64,000 bases of DNA from Candidatus Saccharimonadales bacterium (lineage in GTDB: Bacteria; Patescibacteriota; Saccharimonadia; Saccharimonadales; UBA4665): assembly GCA_041649215.1 (NCBI GenBank), contig JBAZNN010000001.1, positions 700,366 through 764,365 of the forward strand, given 5' to 3'. The translations under genes were made by a program, and so were the position numbers. The stretch's first letter is position 1. Each line of letters opens with the position of its first letter. Below, one piece after another: positions 38,691 to 47,641 of this stretch. A model generated the notes under the pieces. It saw only the letters and a program-made list of their open reading frames with translations. It had not been told where the DNA came from and ran no database searches.

Positions 38691-39314
38691 ATGGGACATA
38701 TAAATGGGCGGAATGAAAGAATTCGTCGGTTGAGCGAAGTTGTGCCGGTCATTTTTGCCGATGAACGCAAACTACAACGTGAGTTTAGCCGCGGTATTGG
38801 TGCGAGAACATTCCACTTGCTGCAGAGAATAGGCCAGATAGATAGTTCAACATTTTGCCAGCCAATTTCACGCGAGCGTATCAACACGGTGCGCACCTCA
38901 AAGCCTTTGGACTTCACGGTGCCGAATACTGACGCAAACTTTAGCCTGCGTCTTGAAGTTAGCCATATGGCACAGTCCCCCTTGCTCAAAATGCTTCGCC
39001 CTCGCACATTCTTTGGAGTGGGTGCTGAGCTGGCTCGAAATGACCAGAGCGGTGAGCGCACACAAAAGCTCGAGCTTGACGTAGATGAATTTGTGAACGG
39101 TACCTCGATAAACAACGAGGATGTCGGCTATAGCCGCGGAGCCGTCTTGAGATATAGCCAGCGAACCGCAAGATTTATTAACTTACTCGATTTTACCGAA
39201 GAGTTACTTGACGGTAAGGCGCCCACAAATGTTCCCGAAGAGTCAATTATATTTTCAGCGGGTGCGCACTTGTTTACACTTGATGGTAGGGATATCCCTG
39301 AGATAGAAGCGTAA
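38691..39314 (+). CDS. Hypothetical protein
   Basis: 207 aa of ordinary composition. Preferred over the overlapping antisense ORF 38465-39115 (Ser/Arg-rich) because of the promoter immediately upstream. Confidence 0.5.
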   Translation: MGHINGRNERIRRLSEVVPVIFADERKLQREFSRGIGARTFHLLQRIGQIDSSTFCQPISRERINTVRTSKPLDFTVPNTDANFSLRLEVSHMAQSPLLKMLRPRTFFGVGAELARNDQSGERTQKLELDVDEFVNGTSINNEDVGYSRGAVLRYSQRTARFINLLDFTEELLDGKAPTNVPEESIIFSAGAHLFTLDGRDIPEIEA

Positions 39315-39499
39315 TCCCAGAATCTTATATTTCTAAAACCGTAACCCCCAAAGTGGGGAAACGGTGGTAAAATAGCTTCGATGACAGGTTTTACGGTCCA
39401 AGCAAATATGAATCAACGGATCGGCAGCAAATAGCTGGCGCTGTTTGTTGTGCATCCGATCCACTGACGAGCCGCAGCAACCTAAGTAAGGAAACATCC

Positions 39500-40804
39500 A
39501 TGAGAATTTTAAGTAGTGAAGTAGTAAAACACATCGGCGAAACTGTCCACGTCGAAGGCTGGTTGCACAAAAAGCGACTACTCGGCGGCCTGACTTTTTT
39601 GAACGTCCGTGACCGCGGCGGCCTAGTGCAGCTGGTGGTAAAAGACAAAGATGAAGTCGAAAAACTGCGCGGTCTGCAAATTGGAACTGTTCTGGCTGTC
39701 GATGGTCTGGTAGTCGAAGAACCACGCGCCCCCGGTGGTGCCGAGCTGCACGATGCCAAGCTGGAAGTGCTAGTGCCGGTGACAGACGAATCCCCAATCG
39801 AAATAGACAAGCCACTCAGCCACAAACCCGACAACCTCGACACGTTGTTTGATAACCGTGTGATTGGCTTGCGCAACCTACAAGAAGCCTCGATATTTAA
39901 GATCCGCAGCGAAATCCTAAAGTACGTCCGCGAATTTTTGTACGGCCGCGACTTCGTAGAAATCAACACGCCAAAGCTTGTAGCTGGTGCGGCCGAGGGC
40001 GGCGCTGAAGTCTTCAAGCTCGATTATTTTGGCAAAGAAGCGACCCTGGCTCAAAGCCCGCAGTTATATAAGCAGATTATGGTTGGTGTGTTCGAGCGCG
40101 TGTTCGAGATCGCCCCGGCTTTTCGCGCCGAACTTAGTGCCACAACCCGCCACGTATCCGAAGTAACCATGCTTGATGTCGAGATGGGCTTTATACAGGG
40201 GCACGACGACGTGCTGAACTTGCTGCAAGATTTGGTGTATGACGTGCTGACCCGCTTGTACAAAGAGCATGACACCGAGCTCAAAAGTTTACGTGCCCCC
40301 GATCTGGTGCTGAAGCCAGAATTCCCGCGCTACAGCATGAAGCAAATTCACGAAATGTACCAAAAAGAGACAGGTAAAGATGTTAGCCAGGAAATCGATT
40401 TGACACCGGACGAGGAGCGCTGGATCTGCGAGTACGCTAAAGAGCACGATGGCTGCGAAGCCGTCTTCGCAACTGGTTTACCGGCTAGCAAGATGAAGTT
40501 CTACCACATGAAGGGCGAAGATGACACTGCCCGTAGCGCCGATTTACTCTTCCGCGGCATCGAAATATCGACTGTTCCGCAGCGCGAACACCGCCACGAA
40601 AACCTTGTCGAACAGATGAAAGCCGCTGGTGTTGACCCCGAAGCTCCGGGCTTCGCTGCTTATGTCACTGCCTTCAAGCACGGCTTACCAGCCCACGGCG
40701 GCTTCGGCTTTGGCATTGACCGCCTGACCGAAAAAACTATCGGCCTAGCCAACGTCAAAGAAGCCATCCTCTTCCCCCGCGATATCAACCGCCTTGCCCC
40801 CTAG
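39500..40804 (+). CDS. aspS: Aspartate--tRNA ligase, short archaeal/class IIb type (AsnRS cannot be fully excluded)
   Basis: 434 aa. N-terminal OB fold (VHVEGWLHKKRLLGGLTFLNVRD), motif 2 FRAELSATTRHVSE, motif 3 GFGFGIDRL. No bacterial-type insertion domain. Confidence 0.85.
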   Translation: MRILSSEVVKHIGETVHVEGWLHKKRLLGGLTFLNVRDRGGLVQLVVKDKDEVEKLRGLQIGTVLAVDGLVVEEPRAPGGAELHDAKLEVLVPVTDESPIEIDKPLSHKPDNLDTLFDNRVIGLRNLQEASIFKIRSEILKYVREFLYGRDFVEINTPKLVAGAAEGGAEVFKLDYFGKEATLAQSPQLYKQIMVGVFERVFEIAPAFRAELSATTRHVSEVTMLDVEMGFIQGHDDVLNLLQDLVYDVLTRLYKEHDTELKSLRAPDLVLKPEFPRYSMKQIHEMYQKETGKDVSQEIDLTPDEERWICEYAKEHDGCEAVFATGLPASKMKFYHMKGEDDTARSADLLFRGIEISTVPQREHRHENLVEQMKAAGVDPEAPGFAAYVTAFKHGLPAHGGFGFGIDRLTEKTIGLANVKEAILFPRDINRLAP

Positions 40805-41355
40805 TTAGTGGACGGCGTTTTGTCCAGAGTAAGTTTTTGCAAACCCAAGACTAGTAGAGTGCCGAAGGCGAATTGGAAGATTGCCTGGCTCTGAATCAGG
40901 AAGCCGCTCGTCGGGTTCAAGTAACTTGCCGAGAGTACGCCGGCACCGAACTCAATGGCAAAAAGTACGATACCCCACCAAGGGAGCTTTAGTTTCCATA
41001 CCACCCAGCCGCTCAGAACAAGCTGTAGCGAAAACAGTGCCGAGCCAAAGGCGGTGTGCAAGTAGTCCACCCAGCTGGCTACGGCATAGGGCGTAACCAC
41101 GATGCCTACGATAAGCAGGGCAGAAATCCTAAGAGCTGTGTTGAGTGGCGAAGGAAGTTTGTCGGCAGCCCGCGAACAAAAATATGCCGCGCCCAGCAAA
41201 CCCAACATATAGGGCACAACTGTTTGGTGGAATATACCGTAATAGCTGATGCCGTTGTTTGTAGTCAAACCTTCCGGCCGAATTATGGCGCACAGAGCCA
41301 GTCCAACAAGCAGACAGAGCTGACCCCAAAGAATGGTTTTGGCTGCGGGCTTCAT
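40801..41355 (-). CDS. Polytopic membrane protein, unknown function
   Basis: 184 aa with 5-6 hydrophobic helices. Its stop overlaps the aspS stop (CTAG). Confidence 0.58.
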   Translation of the reverse strand: MKPAAKTILWGQLCLLVGLALCAIIRPEGLTTNNGISYYGIFHQTVVPYMLGLLGAAYFCSRAADKLPSPLNTALRISALLIVGIVVTPYAVASWVDYLHTAFGSALFSLQLVLSGWVVWKLKLPWWGIVLFAIEFGAGVLSASYLNPTSGFLIQSQAIFQFAFGTLLVLGLQKLTLDKTPSTN

Positions 41356-41447
41356 ACTTGCATTATATGCTCACCATACAAACCGTTGCTATTATTACAG
41401 CTCGCAAAACCTAAAAAAGGTCGTATGATTAGCAAAAGGACTGTGAA

Positions 41448-42113
41448 ATGTCGGAGATTCAACACCCGTCGGTGGACTTGGGCATAATACGCAATGTAAG
41501 TTTGGAGCGAACTCTGGCCGAAGAGGCATTTCGCATAGTGATGGCGCACGGCTGCGAAACCTACACATGGCTCGAAGACGTTAGGTATTCATTGCCAACA
41601 ACCGAACCGGTTGACTTGTCGACCGAAGATGATGACGAAGTATCCTTCCGTATTAAAGCGATGCCAGTACTCAATATAGACAAGTCGCCGTTCCCGCCGT
41701 CGGCCGATTATTTTGTTATGGAGCTACAACACGGCAGGTTCGATATGAAGCTCGCCGATACGGCCGAAGACCCGTACAATTGGCAGCCATATATTCGCAT
41801 GATTGTAAATACCGAGGAATGCGATGATGTAACGATTTTAGACGCGCGTACCTTTCAAGAACTCGAGGATAATGATCTTGCGCAGGTCAATTTCCTCCTG
41901 ACCGTTATGCAGCAGGAATATCGCGGCATGCAAATGGAAGATGAAATTGGTGATGCGGCAGGCACCATTTGTGCCGGCTCAGTATTTACAACCAAGCTCG
42001 GCAATCGTACGCTCAAAGCATATAACTCTATTGATTTCTTCGACCTAAGTTCCTGTGATAAGTGTAGTACCGACAACCAGGCCTGCAAACACAATCCGTA
42101 CACCTTACAGTAA
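41448..42113 (+). CDS. Acidic hypothetical protein with Cys-rich C-terminus
   Basis: 221 aa, Asp/Glu-rich, C-terminal SSCDKCSTDNQACKHNP. No recognisable family. Confidence 0.55.
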   Translation: MSEIQHPSVDLGIIRNVSLERTLAEEAFRIVMAHGCETYTWLEDVRYSLPTTEPVDLSTEDDDEVSFRIKAMPVLNIDKSPFPPSADYFVMELQHGRFDMKLADTAEDPYNWQPYIRMIVNTEECDDVTILDARTFQELEDNDLAQVNFLLTVMQQEYRGMQMEDEIGDAAGTICAGSVFTTKLGNRTLKAYNSIDFFDLSSCDKCSTDNQACKHNPYTLQ

Positions 42114-42119
42114 GGGCAT

Positions 42120-43259
42120 TTAACGTATAACCGCGGCGATTTTTGGCACCAACTGGTCGTTGAAAACGGATGGGATTATTTCGTCTTTTGATGGTTTGGC
42201 AACGAGGCTAGCGATGACTTCGGCGGCGGCGATTTTGTGGTCATCGGTTATTTGGCCGACGTGATTATCGAGCGCGCCCCGGAAAATGCCCGGAAAGGCC
42301 AGGGCGTTATTGACCTGGTTTGGGTAGTCGCTACGGCCAGTGGCCACCACGGCGGCACCGGCGGCGTAGGCATCGGTTGGCACAATCTCGGGGTTGGGGT
42401 TCGCCAGGGCAAAAATAATCGGGTCTTTGGCCATACTGCGTACCATGTCTTGGCTGAGCAGGTTCGGTGACGACACACCAATGAACACATCGGCATCACG
42501 CACGGCGTCTTCTAGTGATCCGGTTACATTCGCTTGGTTGGTGAATTGTAAAAGCAACTGCTTCGATTCGTTGAGGTCGGTGCGTTCGCGGCTGATGATG
42601 CCCTTGCTGTCGACGGCCACAATGTTTGGGTTGGCATATTTTTGCAACAGTTTTGCAATTGCCACGCCTGCGGCACCGGCGCCAACTATCACGATCTTGG
42701 CGTCCTGTAGGTTCCGGCCAGTGAGCTTGGCGGCGTTGATAAGCCCGGCCAAAACCACCGTGGCAGTGCCGTGTTGGTCGTCGTGCATGACGGGTATGTG
42801 TAGTTCGCTTTTTAGCCGTTCTTCAACTTCAAAACAAACGGGCGCGGCAATGTCCTCGAGGTTGATGGCACCAAAACTCGGGGCAATGGCCTTTACGGTG
42901 GCCACAATTTCATCTGCCGAGTGCACATTGAGCACAATTGGCACGCTGTCAATATCGGCAAAACGTTTGAACAGCAAGGCCTTGCCTTCCATGACCGGCA
43001 TGGCGCCTTCGGGGCCGAGATTTCCCAGGCCAAGCACAGCCGAGCCGTCAGAAATCACAGCTACCAAGTTGTTTGTCCAGGTGTACTCAGGTAGTTTGCT
43101 CGGGTCTTCAGCCACAGCTTTGCTTATAGCTCCGACGCCCGGCGTGTAGTAGGCACTTAGCTTTTCACGGTCGAGCTCGCTCGTATCACGCAAGGAAATG
43201 GTAATCTTGCCTTTGTATTTTTTGTGCAGTTCAAATGCTAAATTGTCGTAATTCATCAT
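42120..43259 (-). CDS. NAD(P)-dependent malic enzyme (short, ~380-aa type)
   Basis: Start moved to MMNYDNLAFELHKKYKGKI. YTPGV, VISDGSAVLGLGNLG, VVGAGAAGVAIAKLL, LANPNPE. The 30-aa upstream extension looks non-coding. Confidence 0.92.
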   Translation of the reverse strand: MMNYDNLAFELHKKYKGKITISLRDTSELDREKLSAYYTPGVGAISKAVAEDPSKLPEYTWTNNLVAVISDGSAVLGLGNLGPEGAMPVMEGKALLFKRFADIDSVPIVLNVHSADEIVATVKAIAPSFGAINLEDIAAPVCFEVEERLKSELHIPVMHDDQHGTATVVLAGLINAAKLTGRNLQDAKIVIVGAGAAGVAIAKLLQKYANPNIVAVDSKGIISRERTDLNESKQLLLQFTNQANVTGSLEDAVRDADVFIGVSSPNLLSQDMVRSMAKDPIIFALANPNPEIVPTDAYAAGAAVVATGRSDYPNQVNNALAFPGIFRGALDNHVGQITDDHKIAAAEVIASLVAKPSKDEIIPSVFNDQLVPKIAAVIR

Positions 43260-43360
43260 TCCAGTATACCAACATAGCGAAAAAGTGCCGCGGTGTGGTA
43301 TAACCCATAGTAAGTATCGGTGGTTGGTACGGCAGGGTAACGTAACCAAAGGAGATAAGT

Positions 43361-44275
43361 GTGCTACACATTCTTTCGGCGCGGCAATTTGACGCGGAGC
43401 AGCTCAACAATTTTTTTGACGATACGGAAGCTTTACGCGACCTTGCCGCGAGCGATCCTGACCAACTGAGCAGACTTGGTGCAGGCGCCATTGCCGCAAC
43501 TCTCTTTTATGAAGCATCAACCCGTACTCGTCTTAGTTTTGAATCGGCCGCGCTAAGGCTGGGCATGGGCGTTATTAGTACCGAGAACGCTGCCTTGTTC
43601 TCGTCGGCCATCAAGGGCGAATCTATAGAAGATACTGCCCGTGTTGTTGGGGAGTACGCCAGCACCATTATCATCAGACACAAGGTGAACGGCATGCCAG
43701 AGAAGGCAGCCGCGGTCAGCAAGGTGCCGATCATCAACGCCGGCGATGGTACCAACGAGCACCCGACTCAATCACTCCTCGACGCGTATACCATTCGCCG
43801 CGAAAAAGGTCGGCTCGATGGGCTGAATGTTGTCATTGGTGGTGACCTCAAACACGGTCGCACCGTTCGCTCGCTCGCTCGGGTGCTTAGTATGTACCCC
43901 GGGAACAAGATATCTTTCGTATCGGTAGATGAACTGCAAATCGGCGACGATATAACAACTCATTTGCACGGTACAGGCACAAAATATGAAAAGACCGACG
44001 ATATGTTTGGCGCCCTTCATGATGCCGACGTAGTCTACTGGACACGCCTGCAAAAAGAGCGCCAAGCTGACCCATCCGTCGAGACGGGCTTTGTGATTGA
44101 TCAAGCTGCACTGCAGGTTATGAAGGAGGATGCAATTATTCTTCACCCCTTGCCGCGAGTAGGCGAAATCGACCCGAGTATAGACGGTGACCCACGCGCC
44201 AAATACTTCGAACAAGCAGCAAACGGTCTACACGTACGCACCGCACTGCTCAAGATGGTTCTCGAATCCGTATAA
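43361..44275 (+). CDS. pyrB: Aspartate carbamoyltransferase catalytic subunit
   Basis: GTG start. EASTRTRLSFE, EHPTQSLLD, GDLKHGRTVRS, ILHPLPRV. These ATCase motifs, not OTCase motifs, are present. Confidence 0.92.
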   Translation: MLHILSARQFDAEQLNNFFDDTEALRDLAASDPDQLSRLGAGAIAATLFYEASTRTRLSFESAALRLGMGVISTENAALFSSAIKGESIEDTARVVGEYASTIIIRHKVNGMPEKAAAVSKVPIINAGDGTNEHPTQSLLDAYTIRREKGRLDGLNVVIGGDLKHGRTVRSLARVLSMYPGNKISFVSVDELQIGDDITTHLHGTGTKYEKTDDMFGALHDADVVYWTRLQKERQADPSVETGFVIDQAALQVMKEDAIILHPLPRVGEIDPSIDGDPRAKYFEQAANGLHVRTALLKMVLESV

Positions 44276-44345
44276 GCAACTCGCCGTAGGTTATTAGTGA
44301 GCAGTTGCATAGCCAAGCTTCAACCATGCCTGTTAGAATGTAGAC

Positions 44346-44603
44346 ATGAAAGTAATAGACGTCCGATCCAAATCAGAATACGACCGTCAACACGTGAACG
44401 GGGCTCTGTGGTTCGACGTTGAGCGGATTGCTGCCGGCGAGATGCCCGATGTACCCAGAGACGAAGAAATAGTCTTGTATTGCCGAAGCGGTGCACGCTC
44501 CAGTGCAGCTATGTACATCATGCAGCAACACGGTTTTACGAATGTTACGAGTGGTGGCGGGCTAGCCAACATGGCCGCTCGTGGGTACGAGCTCGTCCGC
44601 TAG
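44346..44603 (+). CDS. Single-domain rhodanese-like sulfurtransferase
   Basis: 85 aa with active-site loop YCRSGARS. Confidence 0.85.
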   Translation: MKVIDVRSKSEYDRQHVNGALWFDVERIAAGEMPDVPRDEEIVLYCRSGARSSAAMYIMQQHGFTNVTSGGGLANMAARGYELVR

Positions 44604-44647
44604 TGCTACAACGCCAAGTTTTAGAATCAAGAGCGCAACAGTAAACT

Positions 44648-44677
44648 AAAACAGCCCGGTATAAACCGGGCTGTTTT
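44648..44677. terminator. Bidirectional intrinsic terminator
   Basis: Perfect 13-bp stem AAAACAGCCCGGT / ACCGGGCTGTTTT with loop ATAA. The A-run and T-run flanks serve both convergent genes. Confidence 0.85.
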
Positions 44678-44695
44678 ATGTTTCGCTGGCTAGAA

Positions 44696-44863
44696 CTACC
44701 AGTGGAACGTTTGGCCGAGTATCCAGATGGTGAAGGCTACGGAAATAAACCATAGTCCCAAACCAACCGGCGAGCCCCAACTGAACCACGAGCCCCACGA
44801 GCGCCAGTGTTTTAGGTGGTCGTCGTAGTAATTTTTTAGCTCTTGTTCTGACATTTTTGTCAT
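44696..44863 (-). CDS. Untracked 55-aa Trp-rich small membrane protein
   Basis: MTKMSEQELKNYYDDHLKHWRSWGSWFSWGSPVGLGLWFISVAFTIWILGQTFHW. SD AAAGAGGA lies 7 nt upstream of the ATG, and the ORF ends 19 nt before the bidirectional terminator. Confidence 0.5.
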   Translation of the reverse strand: MTKMSEQELKNYYDDHLKHWRSWGSWFSWGSPVGLGLWFISVAFTIWILGQTFHW

Positions 44864-45076
44864 TTTTTAGTCCTCTTTATAAGTTTAGAGTAAAACACCC
44901 GTTGTTTTCGGTTCGACCTTGCCAAAATTACGTTGTGCTTTCGCTCCAAGTGGTTATTAGTGCCGAACTATGTCGTTCGCCCGAGCGGTAGGGCGCATAG
45001 CGCTGTGTGGCAGCCACATTAAGAATATATAACCATTAATTGAATCACAATGCAATACGCGCTAGTATGGAGGCAC

Positions 45077-45397
45077 ATGAATATCTATGTGCCACCACTT
45101 AATATTGAAGCAAGCTCTGAGCAATATGCGGCGCACGAAGATATCTTAAAAGCCGTTCAGGCACGTCACAATATACACTTACTGCAAGCTCCAGAAGAAA
45201 GGGGTAATGACCTAAATTGGCTCACGCCAGCCGACGCCATGATCGCCGAAGCGACCAATCTCGATGGCCAAACCCGCCGCGAATCACTATTTATGGCGCG
45301 CGATCTTGGCCGGCACGTACTCCTGCTGTGTATGGATCCAGCGGAGCGTACACGTTTACAAATGAGCTTTGGCGAGCTGGGCCCAAATGACCCTTGA
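45077..45397 (+). CDS. Hypothetical protein
   Basis: Start moved to MNIYVPP, with GGAGG 5 nt upstream. 106 aa. Only a faint nucleoside 2-deoxyribosyltransferase-like pattern (ADAMIAEATNLDG...ESLFMARDLGRHVLLL). Confidence 0.5.
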   Translation: MNIYVPPLNIEASSEQYAAHEDILKAVQARHNIHLLQAPEERGNDLNWLTPADAMIAEATNLDGQTRRESLFMARDLGRHVLLLCMDPAERTRLQMSFGELGPNDP

Positions 45398-45490
45398 GTA
45401 GTCTCTGCTAGCACCGAGACATTTCGACATTCTGCAATCAACGTTATTATCGATAGCTACCGTATTCACGCGCACAATCTCGGCAAATAG

Positions 45491-46105
45491 CTATTTGGTT
45501 CTGCGAAGTTGTGGTAATTGGGCTATGACGAGTGCGAGCACAACTGCTGCAACGGCCACAACCGCGCTATTTATGGCAACGGCTGCATAGCCAAGTTTAT
45601 CGACATTAACGAAGGGGTACGGATACCAGTGGGCAAAGTGGCCACGGATCAGGCTGTAGCCTAAGTAGGCCACAGGAAAGCTAAGCCATAGCAGTGATTT
45701 TTTGATCGACAGTTTTCGACTTGGTCGGTCAAAAACCCAGTCGAGCAAAATAGCTACCGGGAAGATATAGTGAAGTACCGAATTGACCCATAGCAGTGGC
45801 GTTTGCACGTCAGTGCCAGCCAGCAGTATGGCGTAGACAATCCCCGTAACTACCATGTAGAGCGTAGCCCCGCCTCGCAGATAGTCGAGCGCGCGGTCTT
45901 GGGTTCCCAGCGCCTTGGCTTTGGCCGCCACCAAAAAGACTGCAGCCGCAAAGACGTTACTTTCGATAGTAAAAAAGCTAAAGAAATTGGCCGGCGAAAA
46001 CCCCGGTATATGCCGCCGGCTATATGCTAATTGTGCCAGAACCGCCGCGATAACCAAAAGTGCAAACCCAACTCGGTACCAAGTAACCAAAAGCTTTTTA
46101 TTCAT
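45491..46105 (-). CDS. Pr6Pr/FAR-17a-AIG1-like polytopic membrane protein
   Basis: Start at MNKKLL. Six TM segments. Motif FFSFFTIESN...YHYIFP-like (LHYIFPVAILLDW). Confidence 0.6.
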   Translation of the reverse strand: MNKKLLVTWYRVGFALLVIAAVLAQLAYSRRHIPGFSPANFFSFFTIESNVFAAAVFLVAAKAKALGTQDRALDYLRGGATLYMVVTGIVYAILLAGTDVQTPLLWVNSVLHYIFPVAILLDWVFDRPSRKLSIKKSLLWLSFPVAYLGYSLIRGHFAHWYPYPFVNVDKLGYAAVAINSAVVAVAAVVLALVIAQLPQLRRTK

Positions 46106-46112
46106 GCGTACA

Positions 46113-46164
46113 TCATAACAAAGCACGACCAAAATATGTTACATTATGCATAAGCATGAAAAAA
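46113..46164 (+). repeat. Upstream flank, copy A, of the 832-bp tandem duplication
   Basis: TCATAACAAAGCACGACCAAAATATGTTACATTATGCATAAGCATGAAAAAA is ~87% identical to 46945-46996. Confidence 0.85.
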
Positions 46165-46809
46165 CCAAACCCAAAGCCGAAAAAACACACAAAGAATAAT
46201 AAGAAACGAGTATTCCTCACAATACTTGTGGTGCTAGTTGCTTTTGTGGGAGCATTATCTATCCGAGCGTATGTGCACAACGTGCAAACAAATAAACAAT
46301 TTGCCGCCGACAAAATACGCTTCGCAAACACCGAAAAAGATATGGCCGACGCATACAATGCGATAGTAAAAGCCGTAGGTCAACCGTATGACGCTAATGT
46401 CACAAAGATTTGTGCCTATGGTGCATTGAAATATGCCCGTGGCCCACTAGGGTGCATGATTACATATGGTTTTGCATATAGTGTTAATGATAGGCCAGCG
46501 AGTAAGGTTAACGGAACAGTAGTTAATGATGTATTAGCCAACGACTTCGGGCTTGGTAATGGCACAATTTCGTATGGTATCAGTGAGTTTGATCAACAAA
46601 GTGGCCAATATTTTGAAGACTTTGATAATGCACATGGTCTAGGGTGTACACTTAACCACGAAACTTACACAGCCAACGAATACAATTCATATGGCAAGCA
46701 ATCCTCAGGGCTAAAAAGTATGGCTACAACATCCATGTCTACATTTATGTTTGAGTGTGAGAAGAATACACCAAGGGCTGTTTACTACATAAATAAAAGC
46801 ACCGAGTAG
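46156..46809 (+). CDS. Membrane-anchored 4-Cys secreted protein, paralog A (217 aa)
   Basis: Lys-rich N-terminus plus a TM segment. Blocks shared with paralog B: GQPY, YGALK.ARGPLGC.I.Y.FA.SV, GLGC, FEC, KSTE. Confidence 0.7.
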   Translation: MKKPNPKPKKHTKNNKKRVFLTILVVLVAFVGALSIRAYVHNVQTNKQFAADKIRFANTEKDMADAYNAIVKAVGQPYDANVTKICAYGALKYARGPLGCMITYGFAYSVNDRPASKVNGTVVNDVLANDFGLGNGTISYGISEFDQQSGQYFEDFDNAHGLGCTLNHETYTANEYNSYGKQSSGLKSMATTSMSTFMFECEKNTPRAVYYINKSTE

Positions 46810-46918
46810 ATTGCAAATCGTTGTGTTTAGTGGTACGGTGTGCCTGAATCTAGGAGATGGAAGTGTCGGCTCACAAGCGGTCCATAAATCTATTCGCACT
46901 CGTCGGATCGCTGCTGGC
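46796..46918 (+). repeat. Downstream flank, copy A (last codons of the paralog, intergenic SD, first ~18 codons of the SGNH gene)
   Basis: By direct comparison there are ~9 mismatches in ~121 nt versus 47628-47750. Confidence 0.88.
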
Positions 46919-46940
46919 AGGCTATACACAATACACTTAG
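46863..46940 (+). pseudogene. Remnant 5' fragment of the SGNH surface-protein gene (25 codons, VSAHKRSINLFALVGSLLAGYTQYT*)
   Basis: Same GTG, SD and first 16 codons as the intact gene start at 47695. Diverges and stops at the duplication junction. Confidence 0.6.
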
Positions 46941-46944
46941 TTCT

Positions 46945-46996
46945 TCATAACAAACCACAACCAAAATATGGTACATTAATCTTAAGTATGAAAAAA
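46945..46996 (+). repeat. Upstream flank, copy B, of the tandem duplication
   Basis: TCATAACAAACCACAACCAAAATATGGTACATTAATCTTAAGTATGAAAAAA, offset exactly 832 nt from copy A. Confidence 0.85.
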
Positions 46997-47641
46997 TCTA
47001 CGCAAGCGCGAAAACAGCTACCAAAAAGCAACCATAATATGCGCACTTACAAGTCACTCGGTATTGTGATCGCTATTTTTGCTGTGCCATTTTTTGTGTT
47101 TGGGGCGATACATATTGTCCAAATCAATGCGCAATTTTCTAAAGACAAAAAAAACTTTGCCCAGGTAGAAAAAAATATGGCAGCAGCACTTAGTTCTATA
47201 TCACAGGCGGCAGGTCAGCCGTATGAGATCAAGACGGAAAAGGGTTGTGGTTATGGTGCGCTCAAGTTCGCAAGAGGACCACTAGGGTGCACTATTGCGT
47301 ATACATTTGCCTTTAGTGTTAGCAATCCCGAAGAGAGTAGACAAAACGGGGAATTAGTTTACAGGGCAATAGCGGGAAAGTTTGGATTTAGTGAGGGTTT
47401 TATAAGTTATGGCCTTAGTAGTCTATCCGAAGAGAGTGGTCAGTTCGAATTCCATACAAGCAGTAACGGACTAGGATGTGATTTGCGACATGATCCGTAC
47501 ACGGCGGCAGATTACAATATTTTTGGTAGGCAAACCATACGCCTTCAGCGTAACACGGCAACGTATATGTCTTCATATTCATTTGAGTGTACGAGAACTG
47601 TGCCAAGAGCACTCTACACGATAGAAAAAAGCACCGAGTAG
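46988..47641 (+). CDS. Membrane-anchored 4-Cys secreted protein, paralog B (217 aa)
   Basis: Start at MKKSTQARKQ. The tracked ORF from 46811 is a spurious 5' extension across the duplication junction. Same length as paralog A, ~40% aa identity by eye. Confidence 0.7.
   Translation: MKKSTQARKQLPKSNHNMRTYKSLGIVIAIFAVPFFVFGAIHIVQINAQFSKDKKNFAQVEKNMAAALSSISQAAGQPYEIKTEKGCGYGALKFARGPLGCTIAYTFAFSVSNPEESRQNGELVYRAIAGKFGFSEGFISYGLSSLSEESGQFEFHTSSNGLGCDLRHDPYTAADYNIFGRQTIRLQRNTATYMSSYSFECTRTVPRALYTIEKSTE

Noticed and set aside
39315-39499. Possible T-box leader upstream of aspS: GGTGGTA at 39362-68, resembling the T-box core, and a GGATCGG/CCGATCC hairpin.
   Set aside because: The leader is only 185 nt. 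The T-box-like heptamer sits at the 5' end rather than in an antiterminator bulge. UGGU would require an A discriminator. There is no terminator U-tract or SD-sequestering partner. It could still be a structured leader, and cmscan with RF00230 would settle it.
43361-44275. pyrB standing alone (no pyrI, pyrC or carAB nearby) as a sign of an unusual role.
   Set aside because: Gene order within one window says nothing about the rest of the genome. The ATCase motifs are canonical, so there is no sequence-level anomaly to report.
46811-46987. The 59-codon N-terminal extension of tracked ORF 46811-47641.
   Set aside because: The extension reads through the duplicated intergenic flank and the remnant gene fragment in a different frame. 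Paralog A shows the real start is the MKK codon, which has the conserved upstream element (46988).
46156-47641. Diversity-generating retroelement (template/variable repeat) as the explanation for the diverged paralogs.
   Set aside because: No reverse transcriptase gene is in the window. Divergence spans the whole proteins. Mismatches in the conserved flanks are ordinary transitions rather than adenine-specific substitutions.
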